DNA of 64,000 nucleotides from Candidatus Krumholzibacteriota bacterium (GCA_016933175.1 JAFGBK010000081.1:3640-67639), one strand, 5' to 3'. Shown: positions 9,527 to 19,211, numbered from the stretch's first letter. The notes: generated by a model from the sequence alone, not told the origin. Numbers and translations are program-made.

Positions 9527-10693
9527 TCAGTGCGCCGCCGTCCGCCGGGCCGCGATGCGGGCGGCAGCAAGATCGCGCGCGCGGCGGTCGGCCCCCACCA
9601 GTTCCTCCAGGGTCCAGGCCGGCGGCCAGGGATCGTCCGTCAGGGTCTCCGCCGCCACGGTAACGATGGCGGAGAAGGGCAGATGCCCGTCCAGGAAGGC
9701 CCCCACCGCCACTTCGTCGGCGGCGTTGAGGGCCAGGGGCGCGGTGCCGCCGCGCCGCAGGGCCTCGCGGGCCAGGTCCACGGCCGGGAAGCGCTCGCCG
9801 TCCAGGGGCGCCAGCTCCAGGCGCAGGGGGGCGGCCAGGTCCAGGCGGCCGTAGTCGGCCGTGACGCGCTCGGGCCAGGCCAGGGCCTGGGCGATGGGCT
9901 GGCGCATGTCCGGCGCGGCGAGCTGGCAGAGGACCGAGCTGTCCGTGAACTCGACCAGGGCGTGGGCGCGGGAGTCCGGGTCGACGAGCACCGCGATGCG
10001 CTCGGCGGGCAGGTCGAAGAGCCGCGCGGCCTCGATGATCTCGAAGCCCTTGTTCATCATCGTCGCTGAGTCCACGGTGATCTTGGGCCCCATGCGCCAG
10101 GTGGGATGGCGCAGGGCCTCGGCCGGCGTGACGTCCGCCAGCTCCTCGGGACGGCGGCCGAGGAAGGGCCCGCCCGACGCCGTCAGCCAGACGCGCCGCA
10201 CCTGCGACGCCGGCCGCCCCGCCAGGATCTGGAAGAGCGCGGCGTGCTCGCTGTCCACGGGCAGCAAGCGAGCGCCGGAAGCCCGCCGGCGGGCGAGCAC
10301 CAGGTCGCCCCCGCAGACGAGGGACTCCTTGTTGGCCAGGGCCAGGTCGACGCCCCGCTCCAGCGCCGCGAGGGTCACCGCCAGGCCGGCGAAGCCGAGG
10401 ATGCCGTTGAGGGCCACGTCGGCGGGCGTGTCCAGCAGCGCCGCCGCGGGCGCGTCCTCCGGCAGCAGGCGCGCGGCGTGGTCCGGATGCGCGTCCGCCC
10501 AATTCCGCCTCGCCACGGGATCCGTGACGGCCACGCGCTCGGGCGCGAACTCGGCGATCCAATCGGCCAGGGCCTCCGTCCGGCGGTGAACCTGGAGGCC
10601 CGCAAGGCGGAATCGCTCGCGGTGCCCGCGGAGGACCGCGAGCGTGCTCGAGCCGATGGAGCCGGAGGCGCCGAAGAGCAGGACGCGCTTCAT
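9527..10693 (-). CDS. dxr: 1-deoxy-D-xylulose-5-phosphate reductoisomerase
   Basis: GASGSIG, LANKESLV, PVDSEH, HPTWRMGPKITVDSATMMNKG. Confidence 0.97.
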   Translation of the reverse strand: MKRVLLFGASGSIGSSTLAVLRGHRERFRLAGLQVHRRTEALADWIAEFAPERVAVTDPVARRNWADAHPDHAARLLPEDAPAAALLDTPADVALNGILGFAGLAVTLAALERGVDLALANKESLVCGGDLVLARRRASGARLLPVDSEHAALFQILAGRPASQVRRVWLTASGGPFLGRRPEELADVTPAEALRHPTWRMGPKITVDSATMMNKGFEIIEAARLFDLPAERIAVLVDPDSRAHALVEFTDSSVLCQLAAPDMRQPIAQALAWPERVTADYGRLDLAAPLRLELAPLDGERFPAVDLAREALRRGGTAPLALNAADEVAVGAFLDGHLPFSAIVTVAAETLTDDPWPPAWTLEELVGADRRARDLAAARIAARRTAAH

Positions 10694-11559
10694 GCGGGGA
10701 AGATAACCCAGATCAGGTAGTAATAGAACAGCGGGAGGGTGAAAAGGAGGCTGTCGAGGCGGTCCAGCCAGCCCCCGTGGCCCGGAATGGAGCGCCCGCT
10801 GTCCTTGGACGCCGCCTCCCGCTTGAGCAGGGACTCGAAGAGATCCCCCAGCTGCCCCCCCACCGCCAGGATCAGGCCGAGCAGGATGGCGGCGAGCGGC
10901 ATGAGATGGGGCGCCCAGTACGGGGCCACGCGCCAGGCGAAGAACACGGCGCCGGCGACGCCGCCCACCAGCCCCTCGACGGACTTGCGAGGACTCACGC
11001 GTGACGGCAGGCGGTGGCGCCCCAGGAAGCTGCCCACCACGTAGGCGGCCGTGTCGCCGATCCAGGTGATGCCGGCGCCGTAGATGACCAGGAAGCCCGC
11101 GGCGCGGTAGGACAGCTCGCCCGAAGGCAGGGCCGCCGGCAGCTCGCGCAGCAGGATCCAGTGGCCGGGCAGCACGCCGAGGTAGAAAAGCACCAGCAGC
11201 CGCTCGCCGATGCGGCCCGTCGCGCCCTCGATGCGCCCGGCCAGGATCTCGATGGTCAGGAAGAGCAGGGCCAGCAGTGTGAAGCCGATCATGCCGCCGG
11301 CGGCGCCACCCCAGGCGAAGGCGGCCAGCAGGGCCAGCACGGGCGGCAGCATCTCGGGAAACAGCCCGTCGCCGCCGCGGGCGCGGGCCAGGCGCGCGTA
11401 CTCGCGCAGCAGCAGGGTGGCCAGCGCGGCCGTCAACAGGAGGAAGTGCCAGCCGCCGCGCAGGAAGATGATGCAGGCCAGGGGGATGAGAACGGCGGCC
11501 GCCAGAACGCGGACCGCGAAGGCGGCCCAGAAGCCGCCGCCCTCAGGTGACGCGCCCAA
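10690..11559 (-). CDS. cdsA: Phosphatidate cytidylyltransferase
   Basis: SPRKSVEG, GDLFESLLKR, KDSG..IPGHGG.LDRLDS. Confidence 0.95.
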   Translation of the reverse strand: MGASPEGGGFWAAFAVRVLAAAVLIPLACIIFLRGGWHFLLLTAALATLLLREYARLARARGGDGLFPEMLPPVLALLAAFAWGGAAGGMIGFTLLALLFLTIEILAGRIEGATGRIGERLLVLFYLGVLPGHWILLRELPAALPSGELSYRAAGFLVIYGAGITWIGDTAAYVVGSFLGRHRLPSRVSPRKSVEGLVGGVAGAVFFAWRVAPYWAPHLMPLAAILLGLILAVGGQLGDLFESLLKREAASKDSGRSIPGHGGWLDRLDSLLFTLPLFYYYLIWVIFPA

Positions 11560-12286
11560 AGCGGCGCTCCCGGCTCTGGTAATCGAGGATGGCCCGGTAG
11601 AAGTCGTCCTTGCCGAAGTCGGGCCAGAGCGTGTCGGTCAGGTGGATCTCGGCGTAGGCGAGCTGCCAGAGGCAGAAGTTGCTGATGCGCTGCTCGCCGC
11701 TCGTGCGGATGAGCAGGTCGACGTTGCCCAGCTCCGGCAGGTAGAGGTGGCGCGAGAAGGCCTCCTCATCGAGGTCGGCCGGGTCCAGGGTCCCCGCCGC
11801 GGCGGCCCGCGCCACGGCGCGGCAGGCGTCCACGATCTCGGCGCGGCCGCTGTAGCTGAGGGCGAGATTGAGCACCATGCCCGTGCGCGCCGCGAGGCGG
11901 CGCTCGGTCTCGCGCAGCACGCTCAGGGTCCCCGCGGGCAGGATGTCCAGGCGGCCCATGGCGGCCAGGCGGATGTTGTTCTTCTCCAGGTCCAGGAACT
12001 CGCTCTCCAGCACCTCCTCGAGATACTGCATGAGGGATTGCACCTCGTCGCGAGGACGCTGCCAGTTCTCGATGGAGAAGGTGAAGAGGGTCAGGACCTC
12101 GAGGCCCAGCTCCGCGCCCGCCTCCACCACGCGGCGCACGGCCTTGCGGCCTTCGCGGTGGCCCATGATGCGGGGGAGCATGCGGCGGCGCGCCCAGCGC
12201 CCGTTGCCGTCCATGATGATGGCAACATGGCGGGGCAGGTCGCCCCGCTCGCGGATCTGCCGCTTGAGGTCGTCGGACGCGGCCAT
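11543..12286 (-). CDS. uppS: Undecaprenyl diphosphate synthase (isoprenyl transferase)
   Basis: HVAIIMDGNGRWA, DLLIRTSGEQRISNFCLWQ, RERRFG. Confidence 0.97.
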   Translation of the reverse strand: MAASDDLKRQIRERGDLPRHVAIIMDGNGRWARRRMLPRIMGHREGRKAVRRVVEAGAELGLEVLTLFTFSIENWQRPRDEVQSLMQYLEEVLESEFLDLEKNNIRLAAMGRLDILPAGTLSVLRETERRLAARTGMVLNLALSYSGRAEIVDACRAVARAAAAGTLDPADLDEEAFSRHLYLPELGNVDLLIRTSGEQRISNFCLWQLAYAEIHLTDTLWPDFGKDDFYRAILDYQSRERRFGRVT

Positions 12287-12295
12287 GCCGTCTCC

Positions 12296-12853
12296 CTAGA
12301 CCTCCATGATCTCGGTGATCTTCTTCTCCAGGGCGCCTTCGATGTCTTGGATGTACTGGTCCGTCAGCTTCTGGATCTGATCGCTGATGCGCTTGAGGTC
12401 GTCCTCGGTGATGTCCTGGCTCTTCTGGGCCTGCTTGGCCTGCTCGATGCCGCCGCGGCGTACGTTGCGGATGGCCACGCGGCCATCCTCGGCCAGGCCC
12501 TTGACCTGCTTCACAAGCTCCTTGCGGCGCTCCTCGCTCAGCTGGGGGATCGGAATGCGCACGACGTTGCCATCGCTGGCGGGGGTCAGGCCGAGGTTGG
12601 CGGCGAGAATGGCCTTCTCCACCACGGGCACCATGTTCTTCTCCCACGGCGAGACCGTCAGCAGGCGCGGCTCGGGGGCGGCCACGCTGGCCACCTGGTT
12701 CAGGGGCGTCGGCGTCCCGTAGTAGTCCACCTTCACCGAGTCCAGCAGGGCCGTGGTGGCGCGGCCGGCGCGGATGTGGCTGAAGTCCGCCTCCGTGGAC
12801 CGGAGGGTCTTGCCCATGCGCTCCTCGACATCCGAGATCAGCTCATCGATCAT
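12296..12853 (-). CDS. frr: Ribosome recycling factor
   Basis: IRAGRA, VDYYGTPTPL, LSEERRKELVK, IRNVRR. Confidence 0.97.
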   Translation of the reverse strand: MIDELISDVEERMGKTLRSTEADFSHIRAGRATTALLDSVKVDYYGTPTPLNQVASVAAPEPRLLTVSPWEKNMVPVVEKAILAANLGLTPASDGNVVRIPIPQLSEERRKELVKQVKGLAEDGRVAIRNVRRGGIEQAKQAQKSQDITEDDLKRISDQIQKLTDQYIQDIEGALEKKITEIMEV

Positions 12854-13580
12854 CCTGGTCCTCCTCCTTGACCACCTGGCTCCCCAGATTCTCGCCGAGC
12901 AGGATGCGCTTGAGGGCGCCGGGTTCCGAGAAGTTGAAGATCCTGATGGGCACCGCGTGGTCGCGGCAGAGCGCGAAGGCCGTGGCGTCCATGATCTGGA
13001 GCTTGCGCGCCAGGACCTCGTCGTAGCTCAGCCGCGGCAGGCGCTCGGCCGTGGGGTCCTTGCGGGGGTCGGCCGTGTAGACGCCGTCCACCTGGGTGCC
13101 CTTGAGCAGCAGCTCGGCGCCCAGCTCCACGGCCCGCAGGGCCGCGGTGGTGTCGGTGGAGAAGAAGGGCTGGCCGATGCCGCCGGCGGCGATGACGAAC
13201 TCGCCGGCCGCCAGGGTCGCCAGCGCCCGCTCGCGGGTCCAGCCCTCGACGACGCCGGGCACCGGCACCGCGCTCAGGACCCGCGCCGGCACGCCCTCGG
13301 CCTCGAACATGGCCGCCAGGGTCATGGCGTTGAGGATGGTCGCCAGCATGCCCATGCGGTCGGCCTCGGCTTGGATGACTCCCTGCGCGGCCGCCTCGCG
13401 GCCGCGGCAGATGTTGCCGCCGCCGATGACGAGCGCCATCTGGGTGCCCAGCAGACGCAGTTCGCCGAGCTCCTGGGCGAGGTGGCGCGCCCGGGCGAAA
13501 TCGAGCCCCATCCGGTCCTCGCCGGCGAGAGCTTCGCCGCTGAGCTTGAGGACGACGCGATGGAAGGCGATCGATGGCAT
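12843..13580 (-). CDS. pyrH: Uridylate kinase
   Basis: LKLSGEAL, GGGN, FFSTDTTAALRA, VDGVYTADP. Confidence 0.97.
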   Translation of the reverse strand: MPSIAFHRVVLKLSGEALAGEDRMGLDFARARHLAQELGELRLLGTQMALVIGGGNICRGREAAAQGVIQAEADRMGMLATILNAMTLAAMFEAEGVPARVLSAVPVPGVVEGWTRERALATLAAGEFVIAAGGIGQPFFSTDTTAALRAVELGAELLLKGTQVDGVYTADPRKDPTAERLPRLSYDEVLARKLQIMDATAFALCRDHAVPIRIFNFSEPGALKRILLGENLGSQVVKEEDQDDR

Positions 13581-13589
13581 GGAAGGGCC

Positions 13590-14192
13590 CTAGAACTCCT
13601 CGCCCAGCTGGAAGCGCGCGAACCGGCGGATGATCATGTTCTCGCCGAGGCTGCTGATGGTCGAGTTCAGCAGGTCCTTGACGGTCATCCCCGGATCCTT
13701 GACATAGGCCTGCTCGAGCAGGCAGACCTCGCCATAGTACTTCTCGATGCGGCCGGAGACAATCTTTTCGACGATGTTCTGGGGCTTGCCGGACTCGGCG
13801 GCCTGCTGCATGGCGATCACGCGCTCGTGCTCGACCTGGGCCGGATCGAGCTGCTCGCGATCCACGGCGACGGGCGCCGCCGCGGCCACCTGCATGGCGA
13901 TGTTCTTGCAGAACTCCTGGAACTGGGGCGTGCGCGCGACGAAGTCCGTCTCGCAGGCGATCTCCACCAGGACGCCGACCTTGCCGCCGGGATGAATGTA
14001 GGCGTGGACGAGGCCCTCCTTGGTGGCGCGGCCGGACTTCTTCTTGGCGTCGGCGAGGCCCTTGGTGCGCAGGTAGTCGACGGCCGCGGCGAGGTCGCCG
14101 CCGCTCTCGTTCAGGGCCTTCTTGCAGTCCATCATGCCGGCCCCGGTCTTCTCCCGGAGCTCCTTCACCAGCTTGGCGGTGATCTCGGCCAT
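13590..14192 (-). CDS. tsf: Elongation factor Ts (short, 200-aa form)
   Basis: VKELREKTGAGMMDCKKAL, ETDFVAR. Confidence 0.97.
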   Translation of the reverse strand: MAEITAKLVKELREKTGAGMMDCKKALNESGGDLAAAVDYLRTKGLADAKKKSGRATKEGLVHAYIHPGGKVGVLVEIACETDFVARTPQFQEFCKNIAMQVAAAAPVAVDREQLDPAQVEHERVIAMQQAAESGKPQNIVEKIVSGRIEKYYGEVCLLEQAYVKDPGMTVKDLLNSTISSLGENMIIRRFARFQLGEEF

Positions 14193-14242
14193 GGTCTTCC
14201 TCCTCGGCGAGGCGATGGGTGGCGGGGCTACGGGGATGCGGG

Positions 14243-15094
14243 TCAGGCGTCCAGGTCCGGCTGCACTCCGGACGCCGCCTCGGGCTCGGTGGGCGCCGGG
14301 GCGGCGGCGGCCGGCTTCCTGCCGGCGGCGCGGGCGGCGGGCCGCTCGGCGGCCGCCTCGGCCTCGGCCTTCTCGGCCTTGGCCCGCTCGGTGGCCGCCT
14401 TGTCCTTCATGGCCGCCTGGCCCTCGAGGATGGCGTCGGCGACCATGTGCGAGAAGAGGCGGATGGAGCGGATGGCGTCGTCGTTGCCGGGAATGGGATA
14501 GTCGACGGGATCCGGGTCGCAGTTGGTGTCGACGATGGCGATGACGGGCACCTTGAGCTTGTTCGCCTCCTTGATGGCGATGTCGCTCTGCTTGGTGTCG
14601 ACGACGAAGATCAGGCCGGGCTGCTTGTCCATGCCCCGGATGCCACCGAGCATGCGCTCCAGGCGCAGGCGCTTCTTGTCGAGGGACATGCGCTCCTTCT
14701 TGTTGAACTGCTCGATGCGGCCGTCGCGATCCATGGCCTCGATCTCATCGAGGCGGTCGAGGCTCTTGCGCACGGTGGCGTAGTTGGTGAGCAGCCCGCC
14801 CAGCCAGCGTTCGATGACGAAGAACTGGCCGCAGCGCTCGGCCTCCTCCCTGATGGCGCTCTGGGCCTGCTTCTTGGGCCCCACGAAGAGCACGGGCGAT
14901 CCGGCGGCCGCGACCTTGCGCGCGGCCTCGTAGGCCACCTTCGCCAGGTCGAAGGTCTGCTGCAGATCGATGATGTAGATGCCGTTCTTCTCGGCGAAGA
15001 TGTACGGCTTCATCTTGGGATTCCAGCGACGGGTCTGGTGCCCGAAGTGGACCCCTGCTTCCAGCATGTCCTTGATGGTGATGTCGTAACCCAC
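14243..15094 (-). CDS. rpsB: 30S ribosomal protein S2
   Basis: [26 protein letters not shown]. Confidence 0.98.
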   Translation of the reverse strand: MGYDITIKDMLEAGVHFGHQTRRWNPKMKPYIFAEKNGIYIIDLQQTFDLAKVAYEAARKVAAAGSPVLFVGPKKQAQSAIREEAERCGQFFVIERWLGGLLTNYATVRKSLDRLDEIEAMDRDGRIEQFNKKERMSLDKKRLRLERMLGGIRGMDKQPGLIFVVDTKQSDIAIKEANKLKVPVIAIVDTNCDPDPVDYPIPGNDDAIRSIRLFSHMVADAILEGQAAMKDKAATERAKAEKAEAEAAAERPAARAAGRKPAAAAPAPTEPEAASGVQPDLDA

Positions 15095-15099
15095 GTGGG

Positions 15100-15187
15100 C
15101 CTCCTGCAGGTTGTTGCCTCCGCCGGGTTCGTTCCTGGTCGCGCTCCCCGAGAGGAGACCTGCCCCCGGTCCCCCGGCGTGCGTAGT
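15100..15187 (-). promoter_or_regulatory. Putative S2 (rpsB) autoregulatory leader RNA
   Basis: Minus strand: ACGCAC-GCCGGG...CCCGGC-GGAGGC-AACA-ACCTGC. An internal GCAGGT can pair with the distal ACCTGC (pseudoknot), analogous to the GGGU/ACCC pairing of the gammaproteobacterial rpsB leader. Confidence 0.6.
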
Positions 15188-15195
15188 CGCGCCGT

Positions 15196-15588
15196 CTAGC
15201 GCTTGGAGAACTGGAACCGCTTGCGCGCGCCGGGCTGCCCGTACTTCTTCCGCTCCTTCATGCGAGGATCGCGGGTCAGGCAGCCGGTGGAGCGCAGGAG
15301 CTTCTTGAGCTCCTCGTCCTTGTGGAGCAGCGCCCGGGCGATGCCCAGGCGCACGGCGCCGGCCTGGCCGGCGATGCCGCCGCCTTCAACGGTGGCCTCG
15401 ACGTCGATGCTGTCCATCACGTCGACGTACTCCAGGGGCTGGCGCACCTGGATGACGAGGTTGCGGCGGCCGAAATAGGCGTCCAGGGGGCGGCCGTTGA
15501 CGAGCTGCTTGCCGGTGCCGGGGGCCATGATGCGCACCCGCGCCACCGATTCCTTCCGCCGTCCCGTGGCAGTGTAGACATCAGGCAT
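15196..15588 (-). CDS. rpsI: 30S ribosomal protein S9
   Basis: [30 protein letters not shown]. Confidence 0.98.
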   Translation of the reverse strand: MPDVYTATGRRKESVARVRIMAPGTGKQLVNGRPLDAYFGRRNLVIQVRQPLEYVDVMDSIDVEATVEGGGIAGQAGAVRLGIARALLHKDEELKKLLRSTGCLTRDPRMKERKKYGQPGARKRFQFSKR

Positions 15589-15615
15589 CCTGTTCGACTC
15601 CTTGGCGTGGCTGGA

Positions 15616-16047
15616 CTAGAGATCCAGGGGCTCGGGCTGCTGCGCGCTGTGCGGGTGGCCGGCGCCGCGGTAGACGCGGAGCTTGCCGACCAGCTTCCGT
15701 CCCAGACGGTTCTTGGGCAGCATCCCGCGCACGGCGTGGGCCACGACGTCCTCGGGCTTGCTCTCGAGGAGCTGGGCCAGGGTGCGGGTCTTCAGGCCGC
15801 TGGGATAGCCCGAGTAGCGCGTGTAGAGCTTCTTCGACGGCTTGCTGTTGCCGGTCACGCGGATCTTGTCCGCGTTGACGACGATCACGTGGTCCCCCAT
15901 GTCCATGTGGGGACTGAAGTCGGGGCGGTGCTTGCCGCGCAGCACCGTGGCCACGCGCGTGGCCAGGCGACCCAGCGTCTGGCCCTCCGCGTCCACGAGG
16001 TACCAGCGCTCTTCGAGATCCCCGACCTTCGTGACGTGGGTCTTCAT
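15616..16047 (-). CDS. rplM: 50S ribosomal protein L13
   Basis: [33 protein letters not shown]; start MKTHV follows GGAGG. Confidence 0.97.
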   Translation of the reverse strand: MKTHVTKVGDLEERWYLVDAEGQTLGRLATRVATVLRGKHRPDFSPHMDMGDHVIVVNADKIRVTGNSKPSKKLYTRYSGYPSGLKTRTLAQLLESKPEDVVAHAVRGMLPKNRLGRKLVGKLRVYRGAGHPHSAQQPEPLDL

Positions 16048-16147
16048 GCTCGCCTCCATACAGGGGAATCCCGCTCCGCTCCCCCGCCCCCGCGGATGGC
16101 ACGGGAGCCAGGGCCGGCCGGGATGCTCTAGCGCAAAACGAATCGCC

Positions 16148-16176
16148 AATCTAACAAAGGCTTACGCCGCTGTCAA
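16148..16176 (-). promoter_or_regulatory. Sigma70 promoter of the rplM-rpsI operon
   Basis: TTGACA, 17 nt, TAGATT on the minus strand. Confidence 0.75.
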
Positions 16177-16201
16177 GGCCGTCCCGCGACCGGATCGGGT
16201 A

Positions 16202-17017
16202 TCAGCGGCTTCCGGCTGTCAGATCGGCGAGATGGGCGAATTCCGGTATCCGGGAATGTTCGGCCAGGAAGGCGGCGCTGGCCAGGACTTCCTCCAGGCT
16301 GTGGTTCTCCACGGTCCAGTCCAGAGGGCGCCCCAGCTCCCGGACGGCGGCGAAGACGGCCTCCCAGGGCACCGAGCCCCGACCCAGGGGCAGGTGCTGG
16401 TCGGACCGGCCGGCGTTGTCGTGGAGGTGCAGCGACAGCAGGCGCCCGCCCAGGCGCTCGAGCCACCCGGCCAGGGGAGTCCGCGAGTAGGCATGCCAGT
16501 GGCCCAGGTCCAGGTTGACGCCGAAGGCCGTCTCCGGCAGGCGGTCCAGGAGCGCCGCCAGGGCGTCCGGGTCCCGATCGAAGACGTTCTCCAGGGCGAA
16601 GCGGCAGCCGAGGGCCGCCGCGCGCTCGCCCAGGGGCCCCCAGAAGCGCGCCGAGCGTTCCCGCCAGGCCTCCGCCTCCAGGGCGTAGCCGTCGGGATCC
16701 CAGGCCGTGTGGGCGACGATCTGCGCGACGCCGAAGCGCGGCGCCAGCTCCAGGGCGGCCTCGAGGCGGCGGCGGGCCAGGGCGACGGCCTCCGGGTCGT
16801 GGCCGCCGGGCGAGAGGTCGCGGAAGGGAGCGTGGAAGCGGCAGGGCCGCCCCGCCGCGCCAAGGGAGGCGGCCAGCCTCTCGAGCTCGGTCCGGAAGGC
16901 CGGGTCCAGGGCCTCGTGGTCCACGAGTAGTTCCAGGCCCACGGGCAGGCGGGCCAGGGCTTCCTCGTAGCGCGGCAGCCAGGCCAGGGGGACGTGCGCG
17001 AAGAACCGGTGCGGCAT
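16202..17017 (-). CDS. Sugar phosphate isomerase/epimerase (xylose isomerase-like TIM barrel, AP endonuclease 2 family)
   Basis: FHAPF, LENV, NLDLGH, HLHDN.G..DQHLPLG.G, WTVE motifs. Confidence 0.85.
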   Translation of the reverse strand: MPHRFFAHVPLAWLPRYEEALARLPVGLELLVDHEALDPAFRTELERLAASLGAAGRPCRFHAPFRDLSPGGHDPEAVALARRRLEAALELAPRFGVAQIVAHTAWDPDGYALEAEAWRERSARFWGPLGERAAALGCRFALENVFDRDPDALAALLDRLPETAFGVNLDLGHWHAYSRTPLAGWLERLGGRLLSLHLHDNAGRSDQHLPLGRGSVPWEAVFAAVRELGRPLDWTVENHSLEEVLASAAFLAEHSRIPEFAHLADLTAGSR

Positions 17018-17038
17018 GGGACTCCTGGCGTCGGTGAG

Positions 17039-17270
17039 CGAGGGGAGCGGGATCCCCCTCACTTCGGCCTTCGAACTCCGTTCGGGGAATCCCGCTCCCC
17101 TCGTTCTCCGGCATCGGGAGAGGCTCCCATGCTACGCAATGCTCTCTCGCCTGTCCATGCCCGCCCGCGGGCGCGCAAGGAAAGGCGACAGAACCTTTCC
17201 GCCGAGCGAAGTTCGAAGGCCGAAGCGAGGCGGAAGGTTCTGTCGCCTATGTTTCAGCGCCCGCGGGCGG
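17039..17270. repeat. Two long intergenic hairpins with mutually complementary 25-nt loops
   Basis: Hairpin 1 arms 17039-17057 and 17084-17103. Hairpin 2 arms 17183-17203 and 17229-17248, plus outer arms 17161-17174 and 17257-17270. Loop cores 17062-17077 and 17210-17225 are exact reverse complements. Confidence 0.8.
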
Positions 17271-19130
17271 CTACTTGACCAGCAACATCTTGTGCGTCTG
17301 GTTCTCCAGGGCCGTCGTCAGGCGGTAGAAGTAGATCCCGCTGGCGGCCGGCTCGCCGGTGTCGGTGTCGCCGCGCCAGATCACGGAGTGCTCGCCCGCG
17401 TCCAGGACGCCCTCGTGCAGCGTGTGAACCAGGCGGCCCTGCGCGTCGAAGACCTGCAGCAGGGCCGGGCCCGTCTCGGCCAGGCGGAAGGCGATCTTGG
17501 TCGTCGGGTTGAAGGGGTTCGGGTAGTTCTGGCCCAGCAGGGTCCCCGCGCCGGCTGGCAGCTCGGTGCCCGTGGGCGGATTGTCGAACAGGATGTCGAT
17601 GTCATCGTCGTCGCGCGGCTGGATGTGCCACTCATCGAACTCGAAGCGTATGGTGCCGCGCACGTTGAGGGTGTCGCCCAGGATCTCCTGGTAGGTGTAG
17701 ACGCCCATGTCCCCCACGTGGAGCCAGTTGAGCCCGTCCTGGCTGATGCTCCAGACGTAGAAGTTCTCGAAGGTCCCCCGCTCCACGACGGCCGCCTCGT
17801 TGACGGCGCAGAGCATGCCCTCGTACTCCTCAAGGTCGCTGCCGTCGATGGTCAGCTCGACGGGCGGCAGGGTCGGGTTGCCGCTGGAGACCTTCGCGAA
17901 GTGGTAGAAGGGCTGCGTCATGCTCGTCATGTTGTAGTACTCGGAGACCATGTCGCCGACGACGATGATGTCGCCCAGCTCAAGGGTGTCCAGGTAGGCC
18001 GGGCAGTAGACCTCGATGCCGGAGTACAGGCCGCCGCCGACGTCCTGGATGTAGACGTGGCTGCCGTAGACGTCGTACTTGCTCTGGATGACGCCGGTGA
18101 TGGTGGCCACCTGGCCGGCGATGGCGCTGGAGTCGCCCGCGGCCTCGGGCTGCTGGACGAAGGCGACGGTGTTGATGCCGCCCCAGAACTGCTCGTCCTG
18201 CGGCGCCATGGGAATGCCGCTGAGGTTCTGCACGTCGAAGACGGTCAGGGTCAGCAGCACCTCGGGCGTCATGGGCCCGTCCAGGGTCAGGTGCACCATG
18301 TAGAGCAGGTCGTCATCGCGCTCGGCGGCGATGACGATGCCCTGGTCCAGGAAGTAGTTGAAGGGATTCTCGGCCGTGGTCTCCTCGACATCGCGGTCGA
18401 ACTTGACGTCCACGGTGGCGTCGCCGGTGGCGCAGGCCCAGTCGATGGCCGGGGCCGGATCGGCGCCCGTGAAGACCAGATCGTAGTTGCCGCGGGGCTC
18501 GAGCTTGAAGTCGTCGTAGTTGTAGCGCAGCGTGCCGGTCACGGACTCCATGGTCATGCCGGGCAGGGGCTGCCCGTAGTCCATCTCGTCGTCCAGGCGC
18601 ACGGTGTCGTTGTCCGCGTAGCCGAACTCGACGGCGAACCACTCGCCGTAGCCGGGATCCAGGTCCAGGGGATCCAGGTTCAGGCACTTGACGAGCACGC
18701 TCTCCCACTTCTCGGCCTCGACGGGGTTGGCGGTCTTGATCTGCCAGGCGCGCACCAGCACGGGCTCGGGGTAGTAGCCCGCGCCGACGATCTCGACGAT
18801 GCCGTCATAGGCCGAGGAGGCGTCGACCTCGGTGAAGCCGTAGTACTCGTAGTAGAGTCCCTCGACGTTCACCAGGTTGCCGAGGAGGACGGACGGGGGC
18901 TCGGCCGTGGACGTGTAGATCCAGACGCCGGAGTACTCGCCTCCGGCCTCTTCCTGGGCGTAGAAGCCGTAGCCGGTCACGCCGGTGACGATGAGGCCCT
19001 CGAGGCGCACCTGGGTGTCCTCGGGCACGACACCGCCGTTGAGGTCGTAGCAGGTGGTCAGGAGCTGTCCGTGGGCCGCGCCCGCCGTGAGCAGGACTCC
19101 CAGGGCCAGCAGAGCGATCAGCTTCTTCAT
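17271..19130 (-). CDS. Secreted protein with duplicated OB-fold-like modules and a T9SS type-A/FlgD-Ig-like C-terminal domain
   Basis: Signal peptide. Two repeats of a module (YxQ..GG.YSG....G...EYY..T....E..L....GT.R......I/LxPR...D) resembling the OB domains of YhcR/ExeM-type nucleases. C-terminus QNYPNPFNPTT...ASGIYFYRL...KMLLVK. Confidence 0.75.
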   Translation of the reverse strand: MKKLIALLALGVLLTAGAAHGQLLTTCYDLNGGVVPEDTQVRLEGLIVTGVTGYGFYAQEEAGGEYSGVWIYTSTAEPPSVLLGNLVNVEGLYYEYYGFTEVDASSAYDGIVEIVGAGYYPEPVLVRAWQIKTANPVEAEKWESVLVKCLNLDPLDLDPGYGEWFAVEFGYADNDTVRLDDEMDYGQPLPGMTMESVTGTLRYNYDDFKLEPRGNYDLVFTGADPAPAIDWACATGDATVDVKFDRDVEETTAENPFNYFLDQGIVIAAERDDDLLYMVHLTLDGPMTPEVLLTLTVFDVQNLSGIPMAPQDEQFWGGINTVAFVQQPEAAGDSSAIAGQVATITGVIQSKYDVYGSHVYIQDVGGGLYSGIEVYCPAYLDTLELGDIIVVGDMVSEYYNMTSMTQPFYHFAKVSSGNPTLPPVELTIDGSDLEEYEGMLCAVNEAAVVERGTFENFYVWSISQDGLNWLHVGDMGVYTYQEILGDTLNVRGTIRFEFDEWHIQPRDDDDIDILFDNPPTGTELPAGAGTLLGQNYPNPFNPTTKIAFRLAETGPALLQVFDAQGRLVHTLHEGVLDAGEHSVIWRGDTDTGEPAASGIYFYRLTTALENQTHKMLLVK

Positions 19131-19211
19131 CGGTTCCCCCTGTTCAGCAGGTTGTGAGACGCCGGTTGTCGCGCAATGCCGCGTGCGGCGGGACGGTTCC
19201 GCCGCGGGTGA

